Of a stretch of DNA of 64,000 nt, positions 11,820 through 24,158 are shown piece after piece. The DNA is taken from contig CP120460.1 in NCBI GenBank assembly GCA_034226945.1, positions 930,001-994,000 of the forward strand, in the 5' to 3' direction. The position numbers and the translations under genes were made by a program. Source of the DNA: Picochlorum sp. SENEW3 (lineage: Eukaryota). Below the pieces are notes generated by a model that was not told the DNA's origin, made no database searches, and was given only the letters and a program-made list of their open reading frames with translations. The stretch's first letter is position 1, and each line of letters starts with the position of its first letter.

Positions 11820-13461
11820 ATGCCAAGTAACAGAAACGAAATTTTTCTTCGTGATGCCAAGGTATGGCCCTGGTTTGGAGGTGGCTGTTTACCTTGAACA
11901 GATTCGACTCCCTTGTCCGCAAAAAACCTAACTCATTATACCCTTGTGACTGGGTTAAAGCAACCTCTCATCACTCCATGAGATTGCATGCGCAACAGAG
12001 TGACCGGAATTTTGCTATCACTCTATATGAATATACTCATATTATATATAAATTCAAATCTGTTCTATTTTCGACGGAATATCTTCTTGCAGGGAGATTT
12101 CAGACTCACGTTTGCCCAGAACAAATCTTCCAGAAAAGGCAACTCCAAAAACAGAGAGAGCTTGCCGACAGTCCCGCCGAGAGAAATACACAGGTTCGTC
12201 GCAAAAACACCATAAATTATGAATTTAAATCTCCTATGCCGATATTCTCATTGAAGAGGTCCATCTTGCCGCAGGGCTGTGAACAATGAAGAGATCAATG
12301 TGAGGCATTTCCTGGACTCATTGGGGGCATCTCAGCAGCAGCACATGTCAAACGGGAGTCCAACCCTTCGTACACGATTTGTCAGCGGTAAGATATACGA
12401 TTGATTTGATTTAATCGAATTGTCGCAATTGTTTCGTGATATCGACCATTTTCTGCCGTCTGCAGGACCAAGAATGGCAGGAGAAGGATGCACATCTGAC
12501 AGCCAGGAAATTACCTCTGCAATTTGTTTGGATGACAGGTAAGTTAATAACTTCTATTTCACAGGTCACGTAAACTCCGAATTCGTTTTGCTCATTATGA
12601 CCTGATGTTGGATTTTTTTCGCGTATTTCCAGGACTGTCTTGCTAAGGATAACAATTTTGGCTGCTGGATTTGTAATTGGTCCCAAGGGATCCAGCATCA
12701 AATCAATCTCTGAAAAGTTTGATGTCCACATTCAATCCAAGACTGTTCTAGGAGGCGAATATCGAGAGTTTAAGTGCTCTGGCGAACGTGCAAATTTGAT
12801 GAAGTGTATTCAAACCATCAAGGAGGCTGTATGTACCTACAAGAGACTGACCGAGGGAGAGTTCAAAGGCGCATGCATTCAATCCTCCTTGATAATATGC
12901 GGTATTGCTTTCGACTATTGTCCTCCACCTAAATCCAAGATGCCGCACGCGGCTTCTGTGGTTACTTTGTCCCCAGGCTTGGTTTCAATGAAAGCCGAGA
13001 GATCCTCCCTGGGCTCTGAGAATGTCACTTTCAGCGTTGACAGCAACAGCAGCTGTGGGAGTCGTAAATGTTTCACACCCAGAAAGGTACCACATCCGTT
13101 AAAAGAAACGTGGTCTCCCATCACTCCAGGTCTGCTTGAAAGAAAATGCGAACTGTCCGATGCACTCTCACTGCCAAGAAAGGTGACCTCGTTCTCTCAC
13201 TCTGAGGAATCCGACTTGCTGCATATGGCGCAGTGTTCTGCGAAGAGAAATCAGAGGATCAAGCAAATGGATATGGACAAAGATCTTTTTGTTCAGGACA
13301 TGAACAGGGAGAGGACTTATGCCAGACTAGATTTTTTGAGAGAAGAAGACTTCCCTCGGACTGAAACCTCAGATTCCTTGGATACTCAGAGCAGCAGCGG
13401 CTCTAATTCCCTAAAACACGTCAGAAATCTCATGAATGACTTTCAGAACGTTTTTCTGTAG
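11820..13461 (+). CDS. KH-domain RNA-binding protein (5 exons)
   Basis: GFVIGPKGSSIKSI GxxG loop; in-frame splicing via introns 11862-12092, ~12194-12274, 12388-12465 and 12539-12632. Confidence 0.75.
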
Positions 13462-14207
13462 TTTTGATGGACAATGGCTTTCGAACTTGAGCTAATCACT
13501 GCAATCTTTTCTCCTTGAACTTTTTGATCTTTCTCACAGCCACAAGAATTCTCTCATACTGAGTACTGAAAGATTGCTTTATTTGAGGATGGAGCACACG
13601 GCAATGAATGGCAGCAATGCAGGGAGATGGCAAGGCTTCTCTCATTCACTGATCAGCAACTCACAAATTTCCTTGTAAGTTCCACAGAATTAGTCTGTCA
13701 GCATCCAAATAGTTTAGGTCGATGCAAAATCTCTCGTCACAAATTTCTTCCACAACGACACTCGCTGTTCCATCCGCCGAGAGATCGAGTCGAATGATCA
13801 TTCATGAATTTGGGTCACACATCATGATGTGCATGCACCCCAATCTGATCAGCAGCCGATGCAGCGTCTGCCACGTGGCAGTGATATTTCGGAAGTGACA
13901 CAGTATCTATTTGGGACACGACTGTCATCGTTATCTGTCAATTTTGTATGAATTTTATATGGAAGAAATGATGCCAATCCCCCTGGCTTTCATGTCTGCA
14001 AACACTCACAAGGCCATGGCGCGTTCTCCTTTAAACTCCAGGCGGTCGTCCGCCCAGCTGGGCTGTCGTTGATGATAGGTACCTCGAATACTTTTGGCGA
14101 AGATGAGACTTGGATCACGCATTCAATATTTTATAAACAATATTTACAGAAGAAAAATCTCATCATTTGTTGATTCAATAGACACGTGGGGAAATCCAAG
14201 TTGCATC

Positions 14208-15398
<1,191 letters not shown>

Positions 15399-15423
15399 TA
15401 GTGTTCTATCCACATACAGTTGA

Positions 15424-16458
15424 TCATTTTCTTGATTTCTGTTTTTGGTCAATCAGAGGGCCGTGGCTAGCTCCAACCCATACTCCAACATAATGCCAGC
15501 CAGTCCCCTTGCCACCACCATGCAATACCCTATGAAACACTCGATGAGATCTATCATTTCTAACCGCTGCTGCCTGCTTTTGTGAGCACCGTACACACTG
15601 AGGGTAATATCTTTGCTTTATATCAGAGAGAGGCCTGATACCCAAAGTCTGCATGGCATTTCTAAATGAAGTATTCCTATACATTTGATCAACTACCCGT
15701 ACAGCAAGAGCTTCCGTCTTCTGAACCACGTGCTTATTAGGAGGCATATGGTCACCTATTACCGGTCCTTTGGTTGTACCGCAGTGATGGCAACCATCCC
15801 TGCGGAACATGCGAATCAATTCTTTCCTCTTCTCCTCACCTGCATACTGCATGCCAGCTGCTGGAATAGATTCCCTAGCAATGGCTCCCACCTTTGTCAG
15901 GTCGCTGGGCATTATGGTTCTGAAACTCCCTCCCACAACTTTAAAGGCTACTATTCCTAATAACATATCCAAACCCACATCTTTCGCTTCTGGCGAGGTC
16001 ATATTATCTAGGAAGCCCTGAAGATGTTTAGGTTTCTTCCTGTACGCAGCTGCGCATATCAAAGAAGCTTGACCGGCAACTGCTGAAGCAAAACCAACTC
16101 CTGCTACCCCGCCTAATGTATTGACCACGGGTGAGGCGCAAGATATTCTCAACGCGGACCCAATGCCTTGTGACAATGCCAATCCAACAGTATACGCTCC
16201 CATGCTTGCACTTGATTGCACGAGAAATGGCACGATAGGTTGAATAAAGTCTTTATAGTAAACTCTACATGATAGTGATACGTTGGTTGTAATCAATCGA
16301 AAGAAGGGCACAAAGCACCGACCAACCAACCAACCAGCCAGCCAACCAACCAACGTACTCTGCCTTCGCAAGGACCTCATCAAACGGATTCTTGTACCGA
16401 CCCATTCTGTATAAACAAAGTTGAAAGACACATCGAAAAGTTTCGGAGATTGGTTCAT
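15424..16458 (-). CDS. Membrane-associated protein with C-terminal HNH-like zinc/nuclease motif
   Basis: Hydrophobic Gly-rich segments, then GCHHCG..IGDHMPP..YPQCVRCSQKQ; probable intron ~16268-16358. Confidence 0.6.
   Translation of the reverse strand: MNQSPKLFDVSFNFVYTEWVGTRIRLMRSLRRQSTLVGWLAGWLVGRCFVPFFRLITTNVSLSCRVYYKDFIQPIVPFLVQSSASMGAYTVGLALSQGIGSALRISCASPVVNTLGGVAGVGFASAVAGQASLICAAAYRKKPKHLQGFLDNMTSPEAKDVGLDMLLGIVAFKVVGGSFRTIMPSDLTKVGAIARESIPAAGMQYAGEEKRKELIRMFRRDGCHHCGTTKGPVIGDHMPPNKHVVQKTEALAVRVVDQMYRNTSFRNAMQTLGIRPLSDIKQRYYPQCVRCSQKQAAAVRNDRSHRVFHRVLHGGGKGTGWHYVGVWVGASHGPLIDQKQKSRK
16321..16354. repeat. (CCAA/CCAG)n microsatellite inside an intron
   Basis: accaaccaaccaaccagccagccaaccaaccaac seen directly. 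Confidence 0.85.
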
Positions 16459-16613
16459 CTATGCAGCATCTTTGAAGGGTCTTCCTTGTTTGGGAATCCT
16501 GGAAGGAACGGTTCCACGTTGAACAGGGCAGATGCCATGTCTTATGATTGACATGACCGTATGCATAGCATTCTAATCAAAGATAGTTATATTTTGAGAA
16601 AGATATAGCAAGT

Positions 16614-17743
16614 ATGGATATGTTACCAGAAAGATATGAGTTGGTACGCGTGTCACAGCCTTGGCAGTTGCTTCGTTGGAACAGACTGATGCTGTGTCAT
16701 TTATGTTGTAGATACGAGATATTGGAAGCGGTAACTTTGGGGTCGCCAAGCTAATGCGATGCACAGCGACCGGAGAAGAGGTCGCGGTGAAGTTCATCGA
16801 GCGAGGTGAAAAGGTAGGTTGACGTGTCTGTCTGCGTGCTTCGACATCGCTCTTGATTGAATGGTAGTATATGCAGATTGATAAAAATGTGGAAAGAGAG
16901 ATAATAAACCATCGGCAACTGTCCGGTCATCCAAATATTATCAGGTTCAAGGAGGTCTTCTTGACGACAACCCACTTGGGAATTTCCATGGAATATGCCT
17001 CAGGAGGAGAGTTGTTTGATAGAATAGTCAAGGCAGGGAGATTTTCTGAAGATGAAGCCCGATATTTTTTTCAGCAGTTAATATCTGGTGTAGAATGGTG
17101 CCACAGGGAAGGTGTATGTCACCGGGACTTGAAGCTTGAAAATACACTGTTGGATGGTCGTCCAGCACCTCGACTCAAGATTTGCGATTTTGGATATTCT
17201 AAATCTGCTATATTTGACTCGCAGCCAAAATCTACGGTTGGTACCCCAGCATATATTGCCCCGGAAGTACTCTCTAGAAAGCAGTATGCTGGTGAGATAG
17301 CAGATGTGTGGTCATGTGGTGTGACATTGTACGTTATGCTCGTCGGAGCCTATCCATTTGAAGATGCAAACGACCCTAGAAACTTCAGAAAGACTATTCA
17401 GAGGATAATGGGCGTAAAGTATTCTTTTCCAGCAAATTTACCGTTAAGCAGGGAATGTCACGATCTCATGGGGAAGATATTTGTTGCAAATCCACTGAAG
17501 AGGATTAGCCTGGCTCAAATCAAACAACATCCCTGGTTTATGAAAAATTTACCTCCTGAACTAAGCGAAAAAGAAATAGGAGCAATATTAGAATCTAGAT
17601 CATCAACGATGCAGCCAGTAGAGGATATCAAAAGGCTTGTAGCAGAAGCGCGTATGAAACCTAATCAAGGAGATTCTGGTGCTTTCAATGAAGAGGAGTA
17701 CATGGATGGCGAAATCGACATGGAAACAGAACTTCTAGATTGA
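16614..17743 (+). CDS. SnRK2: SnRK2-family Ser/Thr kinase
   Basis: [64 protein letters not shown]; acidic C-terminal tail. Confidence 0.96.
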
Positions 17744-17815
17744 AAGTAACAGGTGAATATTTATACATAGTCTGGGTCTTGTCCCATAATGTCATTTTTT
17801 CTAAATGTAATGCCT

Positions 17816-18668
17816 TCATAGAGCCTTGCTGTCTGCACGAATCAATTGCTCACATGACCACTGTTCAAAGTTTTCAGCATTGAGTAGTTCGGCCCAGCTA
17901 TCACCTGCGGCTTCAAACAGGGCGGCATCACAATGGTCCAACTTTATCGATTCCATCTGCGCAAAGAGAATATAGACATCAACTCTAGATGATGCATTGT
18001 AACACATTTCAAAACAACAAGAACAACGTACAGCTAGTATACTAGCCGCTTCCTCCCAGCCTTTATTATGACCCAAACATAGCACGCATTCATGCTCCTC
18101 TGATGCCTCTACCGCTAATATCCGAGCTAAAAAGGGGAGTGTATGGCCGTCCAACTGAGACTCTGTGTACAAGCTGCCAAGAAAATGTAAATCTGCATGG
18201 CTCAATTCCTCAATCACAGACTTCATTACTTCAAAGGTTTGCCTCGATCGCACTGAATTTGAGCTCATAACAATGTTGGGGATCCAACCCAGAGATTTCA
18301 TCTCTTCAGCCACGCGTTTGGCGAGTTCTTGTCCTTCTTGAGTAATTGGCAGCTCGTGGTCCTTCACCCCCGCTAACTCAGCACTCGGAGCATGCCTCAT
18401 TAGCACTATTCTTCTGCAACATTTAGATTTAGATTTAGAATCAATGAATTAAAGGCATAGATCTCACACGACGGGAGTCAAAGGTTGCAGGAGTGTAAAC
18501 CCAAACAGCAACTCTCCAAACAGACCTGATTCTTTGCTCCTTCGCATGACACTCAACTTTGACAGACAGTACTCTTCTAGACGATACATGGCCATGGGAA
18601 GCAAGTCGCATCCGATCACTCACACGTGGACCCGTCGTCTGCCACGCTGACCCAAGGAGCAGTGACAT
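17816..18668 (-). CDS. Histidine phosphatase superfamily (SixA-like) protein, probable organellar transit peptide
   Basis: RRIVLMRHA, SSNSVRSRQT and VLCLGHNKGWEEAAS motifs; introns ~18414-18525 and ~17958-18030. Confidence 0.85.
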
Positions 18669-19028
18669 TTCTCTCACAGCCAAACTCGAGTACCTCTCTA
18701 TTCGCAAGACGAGGTAAAAATACTACACTAATCAAATATGTGCACACATGGTCGTGGCCAAGACAAATGTGTCCGTATTATTGAACAGCATCAGAATGGC
18801 AGTGTGCCATGTCACTCGAGTGACACGCACTGGTGCTCAAGTACTTGGGTAATTGGAATCGAGGAAACATCTCGATCTGGATAGTGTGCTTGTTGATCGG
18901 ATTGGTGCCATCAAAGGCATGTACACGTATTTATGTATATGCAGTATAAGAGAGACAACTCTCCAGTTACAGGATGAGAAGAGCACACAAATATCAGACC
19001 ACAGCATAGTGTTCACTTGCACTCTAGA

Positions 19029-19645
19029 TTACTTCGGGTTGCCTTGAGAGTCAAGTGGCCACGGGTTTCCATTAACATCCACAGGGTGATCCAATTTTCT
19101 CAGCTGTGGTGTCGACCAAGCATAGTCCTTGACCAGTGCCCATTCAACTGGCTTGCCGAAATTCTTCTTGAAAGCATCAGTAAATGTCCGTTGGGCCTCC
19201 TTGAACTCCGGAGTCGAAAAGGATAGTCTAGGATCCTCATTCTTCCTCATATCTTCCAACTGCAATCGAAAATGCGCACAATGTCAGTATTTGCCGTGCA
19301 GCAGCGACACTGAATGGACAAAGACCTCTTTAAGATACCTTTTTGATATGCTGCCTCATCTCGTCCAACAAAGTTTGGGCTGTTTTATCGTTTGGATCCA
19401 CACGTTTTTCGAATTCTTTCTGCAATATGTTCAAAGAGTACCGAATGAGGGCAGGAAACGAGAAAAAGGAAAAGATACCGCTACGTCAACGTTAGGCCAA
19501 TTCGACTAGAAGACTCCCCCCCCCTCCGTTCCTCTCGTGCTTATTTCATTTGCAAAACATATTCAAATCAATGATTATACACTAAAATACATACCAACTT
19601 GTCCACATCTTGATCTCCAAAAGAGTTACCAACATAAGAAGCCAT
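19029..19645 (-). CDS. Small uncharacterised protein (3 exons)
   Basis: MASYVGNSFGDQDVDKL|KEFEKRVDPND..KK|LEDMRKNEDPRLSFSTPEFKEAQR; canonical in-frame introns 19420-19594 and 19260-19338. Confidence 0.8.
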
Positions 19646-19989
19646 TGTCACCGTTGACTTTTCACTAGAAGCAAAAGATGTCAGGTTTTCTACTGATTTA
19701 GCAGCACTGTAAAGTATATCTTGGCGTCTTGAAAACTTTTTCAATCCCACCAAGACCTTCCGGAGTATTATGTTGTTCCCTGGCGAGGAATCCGCATGGC
19801 ATCCCCATGGCCCATCAAACGCCTGTTGTGATGGTTTGATGCACGTCCACGTGAAACTTGATCATGGCCGGCCTGTGGCTCCAGGCCTGTGACCTGTCAA
19901 ACGTCGGCATCTCAAGCATCATGGAGATGGAAACATGCTAAACCTCCAAAGTCACATACTCATCTGGCAAACCAAAGTTAAATTGGAAT

Positions 19990-21465
19990 ATGAGCGTCGT
20001 TTGGTTGACATTGGCAAAAAGAATCAGATCCGCGGGAGGAGGTCCAGGGTTTCGGTTGTCTGGTGCCAAGTCCTTGTATCCCTCAAGGACGCTACGATCA
20101 GGGCCTGACGTGGCTGAATCTCGCATTGATCGTCATTATTATATCAATGATTGGGATATAAACGAAAAGTGGAGACTAAAGGCCGTGTGGAGAGCTTGGA
20201 TCGGGGGGCTTGTTGCTACCTGCTTGGCACTTGGTCAGGTCAGGACAGTGATCTCCTGCGATGAAGGGTCCAAGATTGGGGCAGATACCTTCTACATTCT
20301 ACCAACGAGAACAAGACAGAGGCAATTTTTCAAGTATGAACGCCGTTTACGCGAGAACAGTTCAGCAGAAAAGATATTCGAGTACTTTGCAAATACCAGA
20401 GGAGAGAAAGGCGAGCCTCTTATGAGTCAAGAGGACGTGATGCGAAGCTTTTGTCCGGTCTATCCTCCCTCTGGAAGCAAAATAATACGCTCAGGAAGTC
20501 TTCCAGGGGAGGGTATGGGCGGGATTAATGGCAATGGACATGTTTTTGATCCTGTGAAGAGGTCATCTTCTGCTCTAGGAGAAATGATGAAATTAGACGG
20601 ACAAGACGGAATCTCGCTACACGAATGGCTTCTGATCGATGCTCTTATATCTTTTCCTATCCATGACATTCACATTTTGTTTCGTTTGGTCGATACTGAC
20701 GGGAATGGAGTCATCGATGTTGAAGAATTACTCAAGTTATTTCTTGCAGTACTTAGGCGCTCATCGCTTGATAATACAGAGTTACAGGGTTCAAATCGAG
20801 GACTTCTGGAATCAGCACTCCGGAACAGTAGCCTGGTTAAGGGACTCATCAAAGATCATCATAAAAGTGACAAGATAAATACAAAGGGAATCACAATTGA
20901 AGCTTTGGAAGATTTCTGCCAGAGGCTCCGCAATGATCTTTTAAGTTTAGAATTCCATTATTATAGTCAAGGTGCAGAAAATATAAGTGGTGAAAATCTT
21001 GCAATAAGCTTAGTAAGCTGTGCAGATATCCAAGTAATAGACCAATATTTAGACAGAGTAGACGGCTTGCCAGAAAAACTGAAAAATGTTGCTTTTGACT
21101 TTGAAGACTACAAAACAGTCTCGAAAGTAATCTCCAATATTAAAGATCTGGCATCTGCAGCACTATTTTACGTCAAAATATTTGGGCCTATAGATAGAGG
21201 AGTGTTCGGAAAACTCGTGTGTCAAATAAAGAAGGATACAGGCCAAATCTCCCAAAGCTCACTGGACATTTTGTTTCATTTATTCAGTGACAGCAATGGT
21301 ACGTTCCACATTGATGACATGTATGGTGTCCTCAAATCTCACTTTCAAAATCGCACAGTTGGGGTGAGCAATACTGACATCCCTGCGCAAGAAAGCTTTT
21401 TAGCGTGCTGCTTGAACTGCTTGAGACACACCGCCCATGTCGGTCAACTATTCACACAGATTTAA
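19990..21465 (+). CDS. MICU: Mitochondrial calcium uptake protein (MICU-like, EF-hand)
   Basis: FFKYERRLRENSSAEKIFEYFA; EF-hand DTDGNGVIDVEE; LEFHYY. Confidence 0.85.
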   Translation: MSVVWLTLAKRIRSAGGGPGFRLSGAKSLYPSRTLRSGPDVAESRIDRHYYINDWDINEKWRLKAVWRAWIGGLVATCLALGQVRTVISCDEGSKIGADTFYILPTRTRQRQFFKYERRLRENSSAEKIFEYFANTRGEKGEPLMSQEDVMRSFCPVYPPSGSKIIRSGSLPGEGMGGINGNGHVFDPVKRSSSALGEMMKLDGQDGISLHEWLLIDALISFPIHDIHILFRLVDTDGNGVIDVEELLKLFLAVLRRSSLDNTELQGSNRGLLESALRNSSLVKGLIKDHHKSDKINTKGITIEALEDFCQRLRNDLLSLEFHYYSQGAENISGENLAISLVSCADIQVIDQYLDRVDGLPEKLKNVAFDFEDYKTVSKVISNIKDLASAALFYVKIFGPIDRGVFGKLVCQIKKDTGQISQSSLDILFHLFSDSNGTFHIDDMYGVLKSHFQNRTVGVSNTDIPAQESFLACCLNCLRHTAHVGQLFTQI

Positions 21466-22079
21466 CGCAACAACACATCTTGAGGTGAAGTAGATGTATT
21501 AAATAGGTGAAATGGTACACACATGTAACGTAAATCACGGGAACTGTAAAAAAACTTCCACATCATGATGTGGTGACCATGCATGCGTTCATGCAAAGTT
21601 GTCATCTGATGAGACAAACGTATAGAACACGTCGTTGTCGGTTTTAAAGCATTCTAAATTATATGAAATAATTTCATACACAATTTAAATATTATATATT
21701 GTGTTATTATAACAGGTTTATGTAGAATTAGACCAACTACGCGTGCACGTGAGGTTTGAACGTCCGTGAGGGAGTGAACTCGCCACAACTAAAAATACAC
21801 ACCGTACGTACCTGAAATAGTATTTATCATATATGGATATCACAAATATATCATTGGAAGCAATGGCAACGTCATCTGTCGTCACGTCAAAGACTCCCGT
21901 GTTGCTCCCGAGTTGCCCCGTGGTGGACACTGCCCACGGCATCTCATACTGTGATTCTGCCACGACAGTACACTAACTATGACATAAGTTTGAATTGTAG
22001 ATAGGGGCAGGCGGATGTGGCTGTAGACATGCAGCATGGTACACGTGGCTCTTATGCAAATTCAAGAGGTGTGTTCTGC

Positions 22080-23037
22080 TCAAAATATACGGTGAAACGA
22101 ACATCTCTCGACATCGACATGGCTGACTTTTTTCTTGAATGTTAGAGTTTCAATGGAGTTGACACGTATGTCGAATTTGTGTGCAGGATGTAGAATACTA
22201 GGAATACCATGTCGGAATCAAAGAAAAGGCAGAGAGCTGCTAAACCAACCACCAGTTCTGGGGAAGAAAACCTCCATGGGAACCACATTTGGAACACCCA
22301 GTCCATTAAATGTTCCTTTGACAGTTTTTGCAAGATATAAAGTATGTGGGATGCCCTTCCTGAGCAAAATCATTGGTTCAGCCAACTAGACATGCATGTT
22401 CACAATGAAACCAATTGTTTGCAAAGTCATTGGCATAGACATGGGTAAATCCAATGTATTGACAGCAGCATATCGCCATACATGTTCGCAAAGAGTTCAC
22501 ATGTCCAATGTGAAAACAAGCAAGGAGGATCGTTTCAAAACGCTCAGCAAGACTAATAAGGCATGGAGGCACTATAGTGGTCAGATGGCATACCCGTTTT
22601 TGATAAAGAAATGGATTAAAAAATTCGTACCAAATCTGGATAGCCGTCCAACCACAAAGACAACTAACACTGAAACTATAATGGAGTCTTATCGATTCAT
22701 GAACAATCAGTGGGAGAATGGCACAGATGCTGAATCAGGTGGAGGTTTGAAGGAAGCATTTTTTTCACCAATGCGTTGCTTGTGCTGCATGGAAGGGATG
22801 AAGGCGGGATGTGTTTTCAGATTGAAGTGTTGCAGAAACAACCCATGTGTTAGAACAAACTGGAACAGGGACACGAATGCTGCAATCAACATGTTCAATT
22901 TGCTACTCTGGAAAACACTGTATGAGGATCGTCCTAGAACATTCTCAAGAACTGAGAGGAAAAAAAGAAACAAATATGTCGTGCCATCACAGTACATTCG
23001 TGCACTGATTTGCCTTCAACGTAAGTTTTACTTGTAA
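22080..23037 (+). pseudogene. Degenerate Fanzor1/TnpB-like RNA-guided endonuclease (transposon relic)
   Basis: RuvC-I VIGIDMG (D at 22438-40); Zn-finger CLCC..CRNNPC; RuvC-III WNRDTNAAINM..RPRTFSR. In-frame TAG at 22387; RuvC-II segment missing. Confidence 0.85.
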
Positions 23038-23044
23038 CGGGTAA

Positions 23045-23323
23045 TCAACATTACACAGGATTCTTGACCAGCAAGAATGCTTCCAAACCACATGCCATCG
23101 AGAAAAGCCCATCAGAAAGCTCACACACAGAACGCGCACAGTGCTACGGGAACGAAACAAAGCACGGCTGGAGATGTACAGAAACCTCAACGAAGACACG
23201 ATGGCAACATATAAGGCATTATACCAGGAAGCGAGGCGATTGGTCAGGCATGACCAGACATACAGTTTTCACAAATTTGTGCACAGGGCAGCAGCATCAG
23301 GACCTTCCAGTCCCATCTTTTGA
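23045..23323 (+). mobile_element. Probable non-LTR retrotransposon (LINE) ORF2 fragment, EN-RT linker region
   Basis: KPIRKLTHRTRTVLRERNKARLEMY..YKALYQEARRLVRHDQ..FHKFV resembles the basic helical linker of LINE ORF2; no RT motifs present. Confidence 0.45.
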
Positions 23324-23370
23324 AAGGAACATGTGGACTGTGGTATCTAAGGAGTGAGTTATTGCCATAT

Positions 23371-24047
23371 TCATAAGAGGTAATCAACACGCCATATTCC
23401 TTTGCAATCTGTTGTAAAACTCCAACAGTTCTCCTCTATTCTCAGGACTGGCTGCATCTGGCTGACCCGTCCTCGGTTTATCGAACCTTTCATTCCAAGA
23501 GACACTCTAAGATCCATGTTATCATTGACTTTAAATGATGCATGTGACAATTCTGCAACTGCGTCCCCTGACCAGGAATCAGCCTGAAAATTGTAATCAT
23601 ACCTAGCTTTCAAACGAATATCGGTAGCACTGTCCAGAAAATCTTTGCCACGACTAACCCTCCTCTTCTCGGCGATTCTATATTGTTTTTTCGCCTTCAG
23701 AACGAGAGCAGTGTCTGCTGTCGAGGAAGCAAAGTCAACGCCAGCGGACAATCTCAGCCTGCTATCAAAGCCCTTTCGCACCGTGGAAATATCGCCAATA
23801 CCAATATGCTGCGAATGTAATCCAAATCGACTGAGTGGGCGAAACTAGATATACGCCTCACCAGTGAGGGTCAACAGGCTCTTCGCAAGCATACCTTGGA
23901 TAAAGACCCAAATACCTCAATATTGGCCGATTTTGTGTTGAGTATATGGTTTAATTTCAGCTCAATATTGCTCGAATGCAGAAAATGTGTCTTGCCCGAC
24001 AAAAGCAATGTTTTCTGTCTGCTGTCGAATGAGAGTTTTGTTTCCAT
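23371..24047 (-). CDS. OEP21: Chloroplast outer envelope pore protein 21
   Basis: METKLSFDS.. N-terminus and PVLRIEENCWSFTTDCKGIWRVDYLL C-terminus; one intron. Confidence 0.8.
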
Positions 24048-24158
24048 TTTCTGAGCGCCCAGGGAATAACATACATGTGTATATATATATCCCGTCAATG
24101 GATTAAAATTACGAAACGTTTACAAGGCAACGCAAAGTTACTGAACAGGACTGGTCCG

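Noticed and set aside
21662..21704. AT-rich double hairpin as the left end of the Fanzor element
   Set aside because: Hairpins are common in very AT-rich DNA, and there is no matching right end or TSD to anchor it.
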